From Malacoraja senta (Eukaryota), in the NCBI GenBank assembly GCA_038087875.1, contig JAXLNO010000385.1, positions 930,001 to 994,000 of the forward strand: 64,000 nt of DNA, read 5' to 3'. Positions 12,415 to 24,200 of the stretch are shown one piece after another. The notes below the pieces were generated by a model. The model was given only the letters and a program-made list of their open reading frames with translations. It did no database searches and had not been told where the DNA came from. The position numbers and the translations under genes are program-made. Each line of letters starts with the position of its first letter. Within the stretch, counting starts at the first letter, position 1.

Positions 12415-13329
12415 ACTAAGATATCCATTATTGAGCAGCTAGCATACGGCAACTAAGCGAATGTCATACTCCTGCAGGAGACACGCTGCGAAAATGTGGA
12501 GAAATACACAATTCCTGAATTCACACTAGCTACTTTCACACCAAGTAGTATATATGGTCTGGTCACTTTCATCAGAGATGACACGGATTGGGCTATAGAA
12601 GGGCAAATAATAACGAAAGATACTTGGGAAGAAAGTTTGCAACACATACATCAATGTTCATTAAACGCCAGACATTCTCTAATACAATTTAAAGTAATAC
12701 ATAGGTTACATTATTCCAAAACAAAACTACATAAAATTTTTCAACATATCTCACCTATATGTGATAAATGTCAACATTTAGAAGCTACCTTATCTCATAT
12801 GTTTGCAAACTGTATAAAAATTAAACAATTCTGGGTAAATATTTTCAGTATAATATCTAAAGTAACCAGCACACAATTGGACCCAGATCCAAAATTAATA
12901 ATACTTGGAATATTAGAATTAAATCAAACATTTAGAATAACACAAAGAAACTTTATTGATTATAGTTTAATAACAGGAAAAAAATTAATTCTAAAATTTT
13001 GGAAAGGCCCTACGACCCCCACAATTAAAATGTGGATTATAGAAATGACGGAGACCTTAAATGTGGAAATAATCAGACTCTCCCTGTTGGACAAACAGGA
13101 ATTATTCGTTGGAACATGGTCTCCTTTTATTGATTACCTAAAGGGCCAGAACAGTTCAGCACAGGAACCTGACTAACACCCGGGCTAAAGAATGGATGAA
13201 ACGCTATATCTAGAAATGTACGAATATATCTCGAATGAAGTTTTCTATTTTAATAAATTTTTCCATTCTTCTTTAACTATCTTTTTTTCATTTTTTTTTT
13301 TTTTTGTTGTTTAAAATTTTTTGTTTTTG

Positions 13330-13361
<32 letters not shown>

Positions 13362-14944
13362 TTATTTTTTATTTTTCTTCTCTTTTTTCTCTTTCTTTAC
13401 TTCATCTTTCTCTTTAGTTCTATTTAGCTTAAAAAAAAAGCAAAAGGTATTGGAGACATTGTAATAATATTTAACAATATTATCAATTTAATAATGTAAG
13501 ACTGTAATGATGTAACTAGATTGTGTACGCATCTCCAATAAAAAAAAATATTTAAAAATTAAAAAAATTAAAATAAAAAAAAAAAAGAAGGGCAGCCTGC
13601 AGAAGACTCAGATCTGGAATGGCTTGTAGTGAAGGTTCAGGACGTCGCCATCATCAATGTGTACAAGCCACCCCCAGTGCGTCTGGCTACAACATGCATG
13701 CCAGTGTTCACTCCACCCTGTGTATACTCAGGTGATGTCAACTGCCACCACACCGAATGGGGCTACTCAAGATGGAATAGTGATGGAAACAGCGTCATAG
13801 ATTGGGCATCCGCCAATGACCTCACGCTTCTGTATGATCCAAAGGAGCCAAACAGCTTCCATTCAGCCCGCTGGAAAACTGGTACAAACCCAGACCTAGC
13901 CTTTGCCAGTAACACAAAGAACCACCAGTTACCAACGCGCCCGGATCTGGAGAAATTCCCATCACTCATCACTCATCACCACAACACCACTGGTTGCTCC
14001 AACATCGAGCGGTGGAACTTCTGCAAGGCCGACTGGGACAAGTTCCAACAACTTACAAATGCAGCCACCTCGGGCCTTCCTCCCCCAGACAGTACCAACC
14101 TGGACTCTTCCACCCAAGCCTACTGCAACATGCTTATCAGTGCAGGCAAGAAAAATATCCCCCGTGGCTACCAGAGGGATTACATCCCATGCTGGGATGA
14201 CGGGTGTCACCAGATATACGAAGATCGTACTGCTGCTGGCACCAAAGAGGATTCTGAAACCACTACCACTACATTGCTCACACGCTTGGATCAGAAACGA
14301 CAAGAACGCTGGATTGAGACGGTTGAATCGATCGATTTCACCAACACGGTAAAGCATGGCACACAGTCAACCGCCTGACCGGCAGACCTACATCCAAACC
14401 CGACAAATGCCCAGCGACACAGTAACCATCATAGACCCTCAACTACCCCACGAGCAGGCTGGTTTCCGCCAAGGTCGATCCACTGCAGACCAGGTAACCC
14501 TCCTCACCCAAGATATCGAGGACTGCTTTGAGGCAAATGAAAAGGCAGGGGTTGTTCTTATGGATCTCACAGCTGCCTATGACACCGTGTGGCACCGGGG
14601 ACTAACTGCAAATCTACTTTGGGTGCTGCCAGACAGGCGCATGGTACGCTACATCGTGGAGCTGATATTTAACCGCAGCTTTGTGCTTAAGACCAGTGAT
14701 GGACAGCAGAGTAGGATAGGTAGACTGCAGAATGGCGTCCCACAGGGATCTGTCTTGGCTCCGCTGCTTTTCACCGTGTACATCCATTACCTTCCAGAGA
14801 CCATCGCTGGAAAGTATGGTTGTGCTGACGATGTAGCCATCCTGATGGGACACAAAGAGAGGCAGACAATCGAAAGCTCCTCGAGTCAAGACACGGGGAC
14901 TTTGGCAGTATACCTACGACAGTGGCATCTAAAGCTGAGCGAAG
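12415..14944 (+). mobile_element. Ingi/Vingi-like LINE fragment (right-arm copy), split by L1; continues at 17826-17950 after a Rex1 insert
   Basis: ORFs 13629-14378 and 14356-15027 carry endonuclease and RT motifs; reverse complement of 6828-8515. Confidence 0.78.
12606..13585 (+). mobile_element. L1 3' fragment (ORF2 C-terminus, 3' UTR, A-rich tail) with 9-bp TSD
   Basis: QFKVIHRLHYS…CDKC…HMFANC cysteine-rich domain; AATAAA + poly(A); AGAAGGGCA at 12597-12605 and 13586-13594; empty site in the left arm (~8325). Confidence 0.92.
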
Positions 14945-17829
14945 TTCCTCTTGGAGAGATGCAGACCGTTCTATCTGCCCAGAGAGTTTACCTCCACTGT
15001 TGTGACTGCAGCCTATATTTCTCCTGATGCTAATGCCAAGCTTGCAATGAAAGATCTGCATACTGCCATTAGCAAACAACAGACTCACAACCCCGAGGCA
15101 GCCTTCATTGTTGCGGGTGACTTCAATCACTCCAACCTGAAAACTGTACTCACCAAATTCCACCAACATGTCTCCTTCGCCACTAGAGAAGACAAGACAC
15201 TGGAAAAGTCTACACCAACATGGCTGAAGCTTACAAAGCCGTCCCCCTCCCCCACCTTGGACAGTCTGATCACCTCTCATTGTTACTGCTCCCAAAGTAC
15301 TCCCCACTCATCAGATGGGTTAAACCCACTGTGAGGACAATTAAAGTCTGGTCAGAGGAGGCGGACTCCACACTTCAGCAGTGTTTTGGAAACACTGACT
15401 GGAAGGCGTTTGCAGCCCAGGCCACCCTTGACTCCCACACGGACATTGACTCCTATACATCCTCTGTTCTGGACTTTATAAACTCCACCATCAACAGTGT
15501 CACCTCCCTCAAACAGGTGACCATATTCCCGAATCAGAAGCCATGGATGAACAGCTAGGTCAGGTTACTGCTGAAAGCACGGGACACCGCTTTCAGGTCA
15601 GGCGATGCCCGAGCCTATAGTTCATCCAGGGCTAACCTGAAGAGGGGCATAAAGAAGGCCAAGCACTGCCATAAGCTCAGGATTGAGGAGCACTTCAACA
15701 ACAACTCCGACCCCCGACGCATGTGGCAAGGCATCCAGGCCATCACGGACTTTAGACCCACCAATACCACCCCCACATCCAGCAACGCCTCCTTCCTTGA
15801 AGAGCTTAACCACTTCTATGGCCGCTTCGATAGGGACAATCACAGCCCCTCTCTCTCACCCCCTACGACGTGTACGTGGCACTGAGTAGGACTAATGCAC
15901 GTAAGCCTGCTGGTCCTGACGGCATCCCCGGGCGCGTCCTCATGGCCTGTGCTGCGCAGCTGACAGACGTCTGGACTGATATCTTCAACCTGTCACTTGC
16001 CCAAGCAGTTGTGCCCACGTGCCTTAAATCCACCTCCATCGTGCCGGTGCCAAAACACTCCACTGCGGCAAGCCTCAGCGACTTCCGCCCAGTTGCACTT
16101 ACTCCCATCGCCAAGTGCTTCGAGAGGCTGGTCCTGGCACTCCTCAAAGGCTGCCTACCCCCCACATTGGATCCCTATCAGTTTGCCTACCGCAAGAACA
16201 GGAGTACGGAGGATGCCATCTCAACGGCACTTCATTCCGCCCTCTCCCACCTCGACAACAGAAACACTTACGTAAGAATGCTGTTCATCGATTACAGCTC
16301 AGCATTCAACACCATCATACCCTCTAAACTGATCACCAAACTCGGTGACCTGGGCATCGACCCCTCCCTCTGCAACTGGATACTGGACTTTTTAACCAAC
16401 AGGCCCCAGTCTGTTAGGTTAGACAAGCACACCTCTTCAACCCTCACCCTGAACACCGGCGTTCCACAGGGCTGTGTGCTGAGCCCCCTCCTCTACTCCC
16501 TCTTCACCTATGACTGCACACCTGTACATGGTACTAACACCGTCATCAAGTATGCAGATGATACAACGGTGATTGGCCTCATCAGTAACAACGATGTCGG
16601 CCTATAGGGAGGAGGTCCAGCTCCTAGCAGCATGGTGCGCTGTCAACAACCTGGCCCTTAACTCCAAGAAGACCAATGAGCTCATTGTAGACTTCAGGAA
16701 GTCTAGGGGCGGCACGCACACCCCCATCCACATTAACGGGACGGAGGTGGAACGTGTTTCCAGCTTCAGGTTCCTGGGGTCAACATCTCCGATGACCTCT
16801 CTTGGACCCACAATACCTCAACTCTGGTCAAGAAGGCTCACCAGCGTCTCTTCTTCCTGAGGAGACTAAAGAAGGTTCTTCTGTCTCCTCAGATTCTTTT
16901 TTTTTTTTTTTGAAAATATTTTTTATTGGAGATAAGTACATAACCTATTAACATCATTACAGTCTTACATTTTTAAATTGATAATATTATCAATTATTAT
17001 TACATTGTCTCCAATACCTTTTGCCTTTTTAAAAAAATTTTAAACTAGATAGAAAAAGATAGATGAAGTAAAGAAAGAAAAGAAAGAGAAGAAAAAGAGA
17101 GAAAAAAAAAAAAACCACAAAAAAAAACACACAAAAAAAAAGAGAAAGGTAGTTAAAGAAGAGTGGAAAAATTTATTAAAATAAAATACTTCATTCGAGA
17201 TATATTCGTACATTTCAGAATATAGCATTTCCTCCATTTTTTAGCCCGAGCATTAGTCAGGAAGGCTCACCAGCGTCTCTTCTTCCTGAGGAGACTAAAG
17301 AAGGTTCTTCTGTCTCCTCAGATTCTGGTGAACTTCTACCGCTGCACCATCGAGAGCATCCTTACCAACTGTATCACAGTATGGTATGGCAACTGCTCTG
17401 TCTCCGACCGGAAAGCACTGCAGAGGGTGGTGAAAATTGCCCAACGTATCACCGGTTCCTCACTCCCCTCCATTTAGTCTGTCCAAAGCAAGCGATGTCT
17501 GCGAAGGGCGCGCAGCATCGCCATGGACTGCTTTCACCCCAACCACAGACTGTTTACCCTCCTCCCATCCGGGAGGCGCTACAGGTCCCTCCGTTGCCGG
17601 ACCAGCAGGTTCAGGAACAGCGGCTGTTACACTACTCAACACTGTACCTCGGTGATTGCCAGTCACTCCCCCACCCCGGACACTCCTCCCACCAGGATTT
17701 ATTAGATGTATTTATTGCTCATACTTATGTAGCTCTTCTAGGGAGATGCTAACTGCATTTCGTTGTCTCTGTACTGTACACTGCACAATGACAATAAAGT
17801 TGAATCTGAATCTGAATCTGAATCTGAAG
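14945..17829 (+). mobile_element. Rex1/Babar LINE, 5'-truncated, with 3' UTR and (AATCTG)n tail
   Basis: [34 protein letters not shown]; ends ACAATAAAGTTG(AATCTG)n; GAAG at both junctions; empty site in the left arm (~6945). Confidence 0.92.
16898..17260 (-). mobile_element. L1 3' UTR fragment inserted antisense in Rex1, flanked by a 66-bp duplication
   Basis: Poly(T) at ~16897-16911; homologous to 13165-13560; 16832-16897 is repeated at 17261-17326. Confidence 0.9.
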
Positions 17830-17984
17830 GCAAAACTGTGTCAACAGCATTACATCTACACAACAATGAAGCTAAGCGAGAGCTAGCTGTCTTCGTTAAC
17901 AACAGGCGCTTGGACTTCTAACAAACACCCACTTACCTCGCCGTGGGTGTTTGTTGCTTCAAAGGTTTATGCTTCATTAACAAG

Positions 17985-18600
17985 AAGAAGGTAGAAATAC
18001 GTCATCCTCAATAACAATCAATACGGGAGCACCTCAAGGCTGCGTGCTCAGCCCCCTGCTCCACTCACTCCATACTCATGACTGTGTAGCCGGACACAGT
18101 GCGAACTCCATCTTCAAGCTCATCGACAACACCACCATTGTTGGGCGAATTACAGATGGTGATGAGTGTGAAAGAAGTGAGATCGACCGATTGGCCAAAT
18201 GATGCCAGCACAATAACCTGGCTCTCAATATCAGTAAAACCAATGAACTGATTGTGGACTTTGGAAGAGGAAGAATGAGGTTCCACAATCCCGTTTATAT
18301 CAACGGGACGATGGTGGAGAGAGTGAACATTTTCAAATTCCTGGCGTGCATATTTCCGAAGATCTTTCCTGGACCCAGCAGACTGATGCAACTATAAATA
18401 AAGCATATCAACGCCTCTACTTCCTGAGAAGATTACGGAGATTCGGTGAGTCAAAGAGGATTCTCTTGAACATCTACAAGTGTAAAGTGGAGAACATATT
18501 GTCTGGTTGCATCATGGCCTGGTTCGACAACTACCCAGTCCATCACCGGCTGTGACCTCCCCACCATTGAAGGGATTTACCGGAGTCGCTGCCTCAAAAA
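17985..18600 (+). mobile_element. Rex1/Babar RT fragment (right-arm copy of 6204-6790)
   Basis: Same sequence and same junction into the satellite cassette (…GCCTCAAAAA-GAATTTGCCTTGG). Confidence 0.88.
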
Positions 18601-18950
18601 AGAATTTGCCTTGGTGTTCCACCCGTAAGTCGAAATCCAACTCGAGTTCGAGATCGAATTCGAATTCGAGTTCGAGATAGATTTCGAGTTCGAGTTCGAG
18701 ATAGATTTCGATTTCGAGATAAAGTTCGAGGTCGAGATAGTTCGAGTTCGAATTCGAGTTTTAGCTAGAGATAGAGTTCGAGTTCAAGATAGAGTTCGAG
18801 TTCGAGTTCAAGATAAAGTTCGAGATCGAGTTTGATATCGAGTTTGCGTTCGAGATAGTTCGAGATAGAGTTCAAGTTCGAGAGAGAGTTCGAGATATTT
18901 CGAGTTCGAGATAAGAGTTCGAGTTCGAGTTTTAGTTAGAGAGAGAGTTA

Positions 18951-19533
18951 AAGGCCTGTCTCACGAATCTGCGGTCATTGGCGGCGAAACGGGAAGAATC
19001 TGCCGCCATAGACCGCGCACTTGTGAGAACGCACAATTCCGGGGCCGTGCGGCGGTGTTCCCAACACCGCACGGTGCTAAAATAAAACCTACAATGTTGA
19101 AAACTATATTCTTACCGCACAACCTCCACCAGTGATGCACGAGTGCGGCACGGCCGCCCGCACGGGCCGCCGCCAGTGTGGCTCGAGCGCCGTGCGTCAA
19201 ACTTCCACTGCCACAGCCTCCGCCAGTGAGGCACGTGTGCGGCACGGCCGCAGGCACAGCCACCGCTACAGCGCCGCGATCAGGACGGCCGCCGCCACAG
19301 CCGCCGCTAGTGAGTCACGTGCGGCGGGCCGACGTCTTCGCAGTCGGCCCGCCCTTTTTTTTACTTACCGCAAGCACGTGGGACCAGCCGTATTTGAATT
19401 ACACGGCCCCCGCGCAGCATCCGTGCGGCGCTCCCGTGGATAGGCTCGGCGCTCTCGCAGTTGCCGTGCGGTCCCCTCTACCGGCGACGCCGCGCTTCTC
19501 CGCCGATGACCGCAAACAGGTAAGACAGAGCCT
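18951..19533 (+). mobile_element. GC-rich non-autonomous DNA transposon (PIF/Harbinger-type MITE)
   Basis: Imperfect TIRs AAGGCCTGTCTCAC…GCGGTCATTGGCGG / CCGCCGATGACCGC…GTAAGACAGAGCCT; flanked by TTA and TCA (mutated TTA); no transposase. Confidence 0.8.
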
Positions 19534-19954
19534 TCAGAGATAGAGTTCGAGAGAGAGTTCGAGAGAGAGTTCGAGATAGATTTCCAGATCGATTTCGAGT
19601 TCGAGAGAGAGTTAGAGTTCGTGATAGTTCGCGTTCAAGATAGAGTTCGAGTTCAAGTTCGCATTCGAGTTCGAGATCGAGATGGAGTTCAAGATAGAGT
19701 TCGAGTTTGAGTTCGAGAGAGAGAGAGAGAGAGAGTTGACTGAATGCATGAATAAATGAATGAATAAGTTTATTGACCATGTATTCACATACAATGAATT
19801 TGTCTTGATGCTCCGCCCTCAAGTCGTTCGAGTTCGGGATATTCGTGATAGTTCGAGTTAGAGTTAGAGTTCAAGATATTCGTGATAGAGTTAACTCGAA
19901 CTCTCTTGAACTCGAACTCTATCTCTAGCTAAAACTCGAATTCGAGTTCGAGTT

Positions 19955-21219
19955 CAATAGACAATAGACAATAGATAATAGACAATAGGTGCAGGAGTAG
20001 GCCATTTGGCCCTTCGAGCCAGCACCGCCATTCAATGTGATCATGGCTGATTATCCCCAATCAGTACCCCGTCCCTGCCTTCTCCCAATATCCCCTGACT
20101 CCGCTATTTTTAAGATCCCTATCTAGCTCTCTCTTGAAAGCATCCAGAGAACCTGCCTCCACCGCCCTCTGAGGCAGAGAATTCCACGGACTCACCACTA
20201 TCTGTGAGAAAAAGCGTTTTTTCGTCTCCGTTCTAAATGGCTTACTCCTTATTCTTAAACTGTGGTCCATGGTTCTGGACTCCCCCAACATCGGGAACAT
20301 ATTTCCTGCCTCTAGCGTGTCCCAGCCCTTAACAATCTTATATGTTTCAATGAGATATACTCTCATCCTTCTAAACTCCAAAGTGTCCAAGCCCAGCTGC
20401 TCCATCCTGGGAATTAACTAAGCTGCACTCCCTCAATAGCAAGAATGTACTTCCTCAAATTAGGGGACCAAAACGGCACACAATATTCCAGGTGTGGTCT
20501 CACTAGGGCTCTGTACAACTGCAGAAGGACCTCTTTGCTCCTATATTCGATTCCTCTTGTTATAAAGGCCAACATGCCATTCGCTTTCTTCACTGCCTGC
20601 TGTACCTGCATGTTTACTTTCATAGACTGGTGTACAAGGACCCCCAGATCCCGTTGTACTTCCTCTTTTCCCAACTTGACGCTATTTAGATGGAAATCTG
20701 CCTTCCTCTTTTTGCTACCAAAGTGGATAATCTCACATTTATTCGAATTGAACTTCATCTGCCATGCATCTGCCCACTCCCCAACCTGTCCAAGTCACCC
20801 TGCATTCTCATAGCATCCTCCTCCCAGTTCACACTGCCACCCAGCTTTGTGTTATCTGCAAATTGTCTAATGTTACTTTGAATCCATCCAAATCATTGAT
20901 GTATATTATAAATAGCTGAGGTCGCAGCACCGAGCCTTTCGGTACCCCACTAGTCACTGCCTGCCATTCTGAAAGGGACCCGTTAATCCTTATTCTTTGT
21001 TTCCTGTCTGCCAACCACTTCTCTATCCATGTCAGCACTCTACCCCCAATACCATGTGCCCTAATTTTGTCCACTAATCTCCTATGTGGGACCTTATCAA
21101 ATGCTTTCTGAAAGTCCAGGTACACTACATCCACGGGCTCTCCCTTGTCCATTTTCCCAGTTACATCTTCAAAATATCCCAGTAGATTAATCAAGCATGA
21201 TTTCCCCTTCGTAAATCCA
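19955..21219 (-). mobile_element. CR1 LINE 3' fragment (second family, (CTATTGT)n tail), macro-unit copy 1
   Basis: YLDFQKAFDKVPH, RPHLEYC and EKAGTGY motifs; CR1 3' UTR; CAATAGA repeats on +. Confidence 0.93.
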
Positions 21220-24200
21220 AGTTGGAGTTGGAGTTCGAGTTCGAGATAGATTTGAGGGTCGAGATAGAATTCGAGTTCGAGATAGTTCGAAATAGAGTTC
21301 AAGTTCGAGCTCGAGTTCGAGTTAAATGAATGAATGAATGAATGAATGAATGAATACGTTTATTGGCCAAGTATTCACATACAAGGAATTTGCCTTGGGG
21401 CTCCGGCCGTAACTTGAACTCCAACTCGAGTTCGAGATAGATAGTTTTCCAGTTCGAGATGGCGTTCGTGATAGAGTTCGTGTTAGAGTTCGAGTTCAAT
21501 TTGGATTTGGAGTTGGAGTTGGAGTTCGAGATCGAGTTCGAGTTCGAGTTTGGGAGAGAGTTCGAGATAGCGTTAGAGTTCGAATTCGAATTCGAGTTCG
21601 AGATCGAGTTCGAGATAGAGTTCGAGTTCCAGAGAGATTTCGAGATAGACCTCGAATTCGAGATAGATTTCGAGTTCGAGATAAAGTTTGTGATGGAGTT
21701 CGAGTTCGAGATAGTGTTCGGGTTCGCGTTCAAGTTCGAGCTCGAGTTAGAGTTGAATGAATGAATGAATGAATGAATGAATACCTTTACTGGCCAAATA
21801 TTCGCATACAAGGAATTTGCCCTGGTGCTCCGCCCGTAAGTCGAACTCCAACTCGAGTTCGAGATAGAATATGAGTTCGCGTTCGCGTTCGAGTTCTAGA
21901 TAGTTCGAGTTTGAGATAGAGTTCGAGTTCGAGTTCGTATTCCAGTTCGCGAAAGAGTTCGAGATAGATATAGAGTTCGTGATAACATTCGAGATACAGT
22001 TCGAGTTCAAGTTCGATTTGGAGTTGGAGTTGGAGTTCGCGTTCGAGTTCGAGATAGAGTTCGAGTACGAGATACAATTCGAGCTCCAGTTCGAGTACGA
22101 GTTCAAGATAGAGTTCGAGAGAGTTCGAGATAAATGAATGAATGAATGAATGCATAAGTTTATTGGCCATGTATTCACATACAAAGAGTTTGTCTTGGTG
22201 CTCCGTCCGCAAGTCGATAGAGATAGAGTTCGAGTCGTGATAGAATTAGAGTTAAAGTTCGAGTTCATGTTCGAGTTGGAGTTGGTTCGAGTTCAAGATA
22301 GAGTTCGAGTACAAGTTCAAATTCGTTTGAGTTCGAGTTCAAGTTCGAGATAGAGTTCGAGTTCGAGTTCGAGTTGAATGAATGAATGAATGGATGAATG
22401 AATGAATGAATACGTTTATTGGCCAAGTATTCACACACAAGGAATTTGCCTTGGTGCTCCGCCCGTAAGTCGAAATCCAACTCGAGTTCGAGATCGAATT
22501 CGAGTTCGAGTTCGAGATAGATTTCGAGTTCGAGATAGAGTTCGAGGTCGAGATAGAGTTCGAGTTTGTATTCGAGTTTTAGCTAGAGATAGAATTCGAG
22601 TTCAAGATGGAGTTCGTGTTAAAGATAGAGTTCCAGTTCGAGATCGAGTTTTAGATCGAGTTCGCGTTCGAGATAGATCGAGATAGAGTTCGAGTTCGAG
22701 ATAGTTCGAGTTCGAGATCAGAGTTCGAGTTCGAGATATAGTACGAGTTCGAGTTCGAGTTTTGGTTAGAGAGAGAGATCGAGATAGAGTTCGAGCTCGA
22801 GTTCGAGTTAAATGAATGAAAGATTGTATAAGTTTATTGACTAAGTATTCACCAAGTTTATTGGGCAAGATTTATGCCTTGGTTCTCCGCCCGAAAGTCG
22901 AACGCGAACTCGAGTTCGCGATAGTGCGAGTTCGAGATAGGGTTCGAGATTGAGATCGAGATCGAGGTCGAGTTCGAGTTCGAGAGAGAGTTCGAGATAG
23001 ATTTCGAGATAAATTTCGAGTTCGAAATAGAGCTCGAGTTCGAGATTGAGTTCGACTTCGAGATAGAGTTCGAGATCGAGATAGAGATCGAGATCGAGTT
23101 CGAGTTAGAGAGAGAGTTCCATATCGAGTTCGAGTTCAAGATAGAGCTCGAGTTCGAGTTCGAGTTCGCGTTCGAGATAGTTCGAGATAGAGTTCGAGAT
23201 AGAGTTCGAGTTCAAATTCGAGTTTTAGCTAGAAATAGAGTTCGAGTTCAAGATAGATTTCGAGTTCGAGTTCAAGATGAAGTTCGAGTTCTAGATCGAG
23301 ATCGAGTTTGAGATCGAGTTCGCGTTCGAGATATTTCGAGATAGAGTTCGAGATAGAGTTCAAGTTCGAGAGAGAGTTCGAGATATTTCGGGTTCGAGAT
23401 AAGTGTTCGAGTACGAGATAGTTCGAGTTCGAGATAGAGTACGTTCGAGTTCGAGATTTAGTTAGAGAGAGAGAGAGATAGTTTGAGAGTGAGTTCGAGA
23501 GAGAGTTAGAGATATATTTCGAGATAGACTTCGAGTTCGAGAGAGAGTTAGTTCGAGATAGAGTTCGAGTTCGAGATTGAGTTCGAGTTCGAGCGAGAAA
23601 GTGTTCGAACTAGAGATAGAGTTCGAGTTCAAGATAGAGTTCGTTCAAGTTCGAATTCGAGTTCGAGATCGAGATCGAGTTCGAGATAGAGTTCGTATTC
23701 GAGATAGTTCGAGATAGAGTTCGAGTTCGAGAGAGATTTCGAGATAGTTCGAGTTCGAGTTCGAGATAAGAGTTCGAGTTCGAGATAGACTACGAGTTCG
23801 AGTTCGAGTTTTAGTTAGAGAGAGAGTTCGAGATATAGTTCGAGTTCGAATTCGAGTTAGAGTTCGAGATAGAATTCGAGTTCGAGTTCGTTCGAGCTCG
23901 AGTTCGAGTTGAATGAATGAAAGAATGTATAAGTTTATTGACTAAGCATTCGCCAAGTTTATTGGCCAAGATTGTTGCCTTGGTGCTCCGCCCGAAAGTC
24001 GAACCCGAACTCGAGTTCGAGATAGAGTTCGAGTTCGAGATTCGAGATCGAGATAGAGATCGAGATCGAGTTCGAGATCGAGAGAGAGAGTTCGAGATAG
24101 ATTTCGAGATAAATTTCGAGTTCGAGATAGAGTTCGAGTTCGAGATAGGGTTCGAGATCGAGATAGAGATCGAGATCGAGTTCGAGATCGAGAGAGAGTT

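Noticed and set aside
18961..19543. Ala/Arg/Pro-rich ORFs or a CpG-island promoter in the GC-rich element
   Set aside because: Bounded by TIRs and TTA duplications and present in four copies; the ORFs reflect GC content.
20829..21302. Satellite-CR1 fusion ORFs (also 36453-36770)
   Set aside because: Read-through from stop-free satellite into a truncated CR1; the frame is not preserved across copies.
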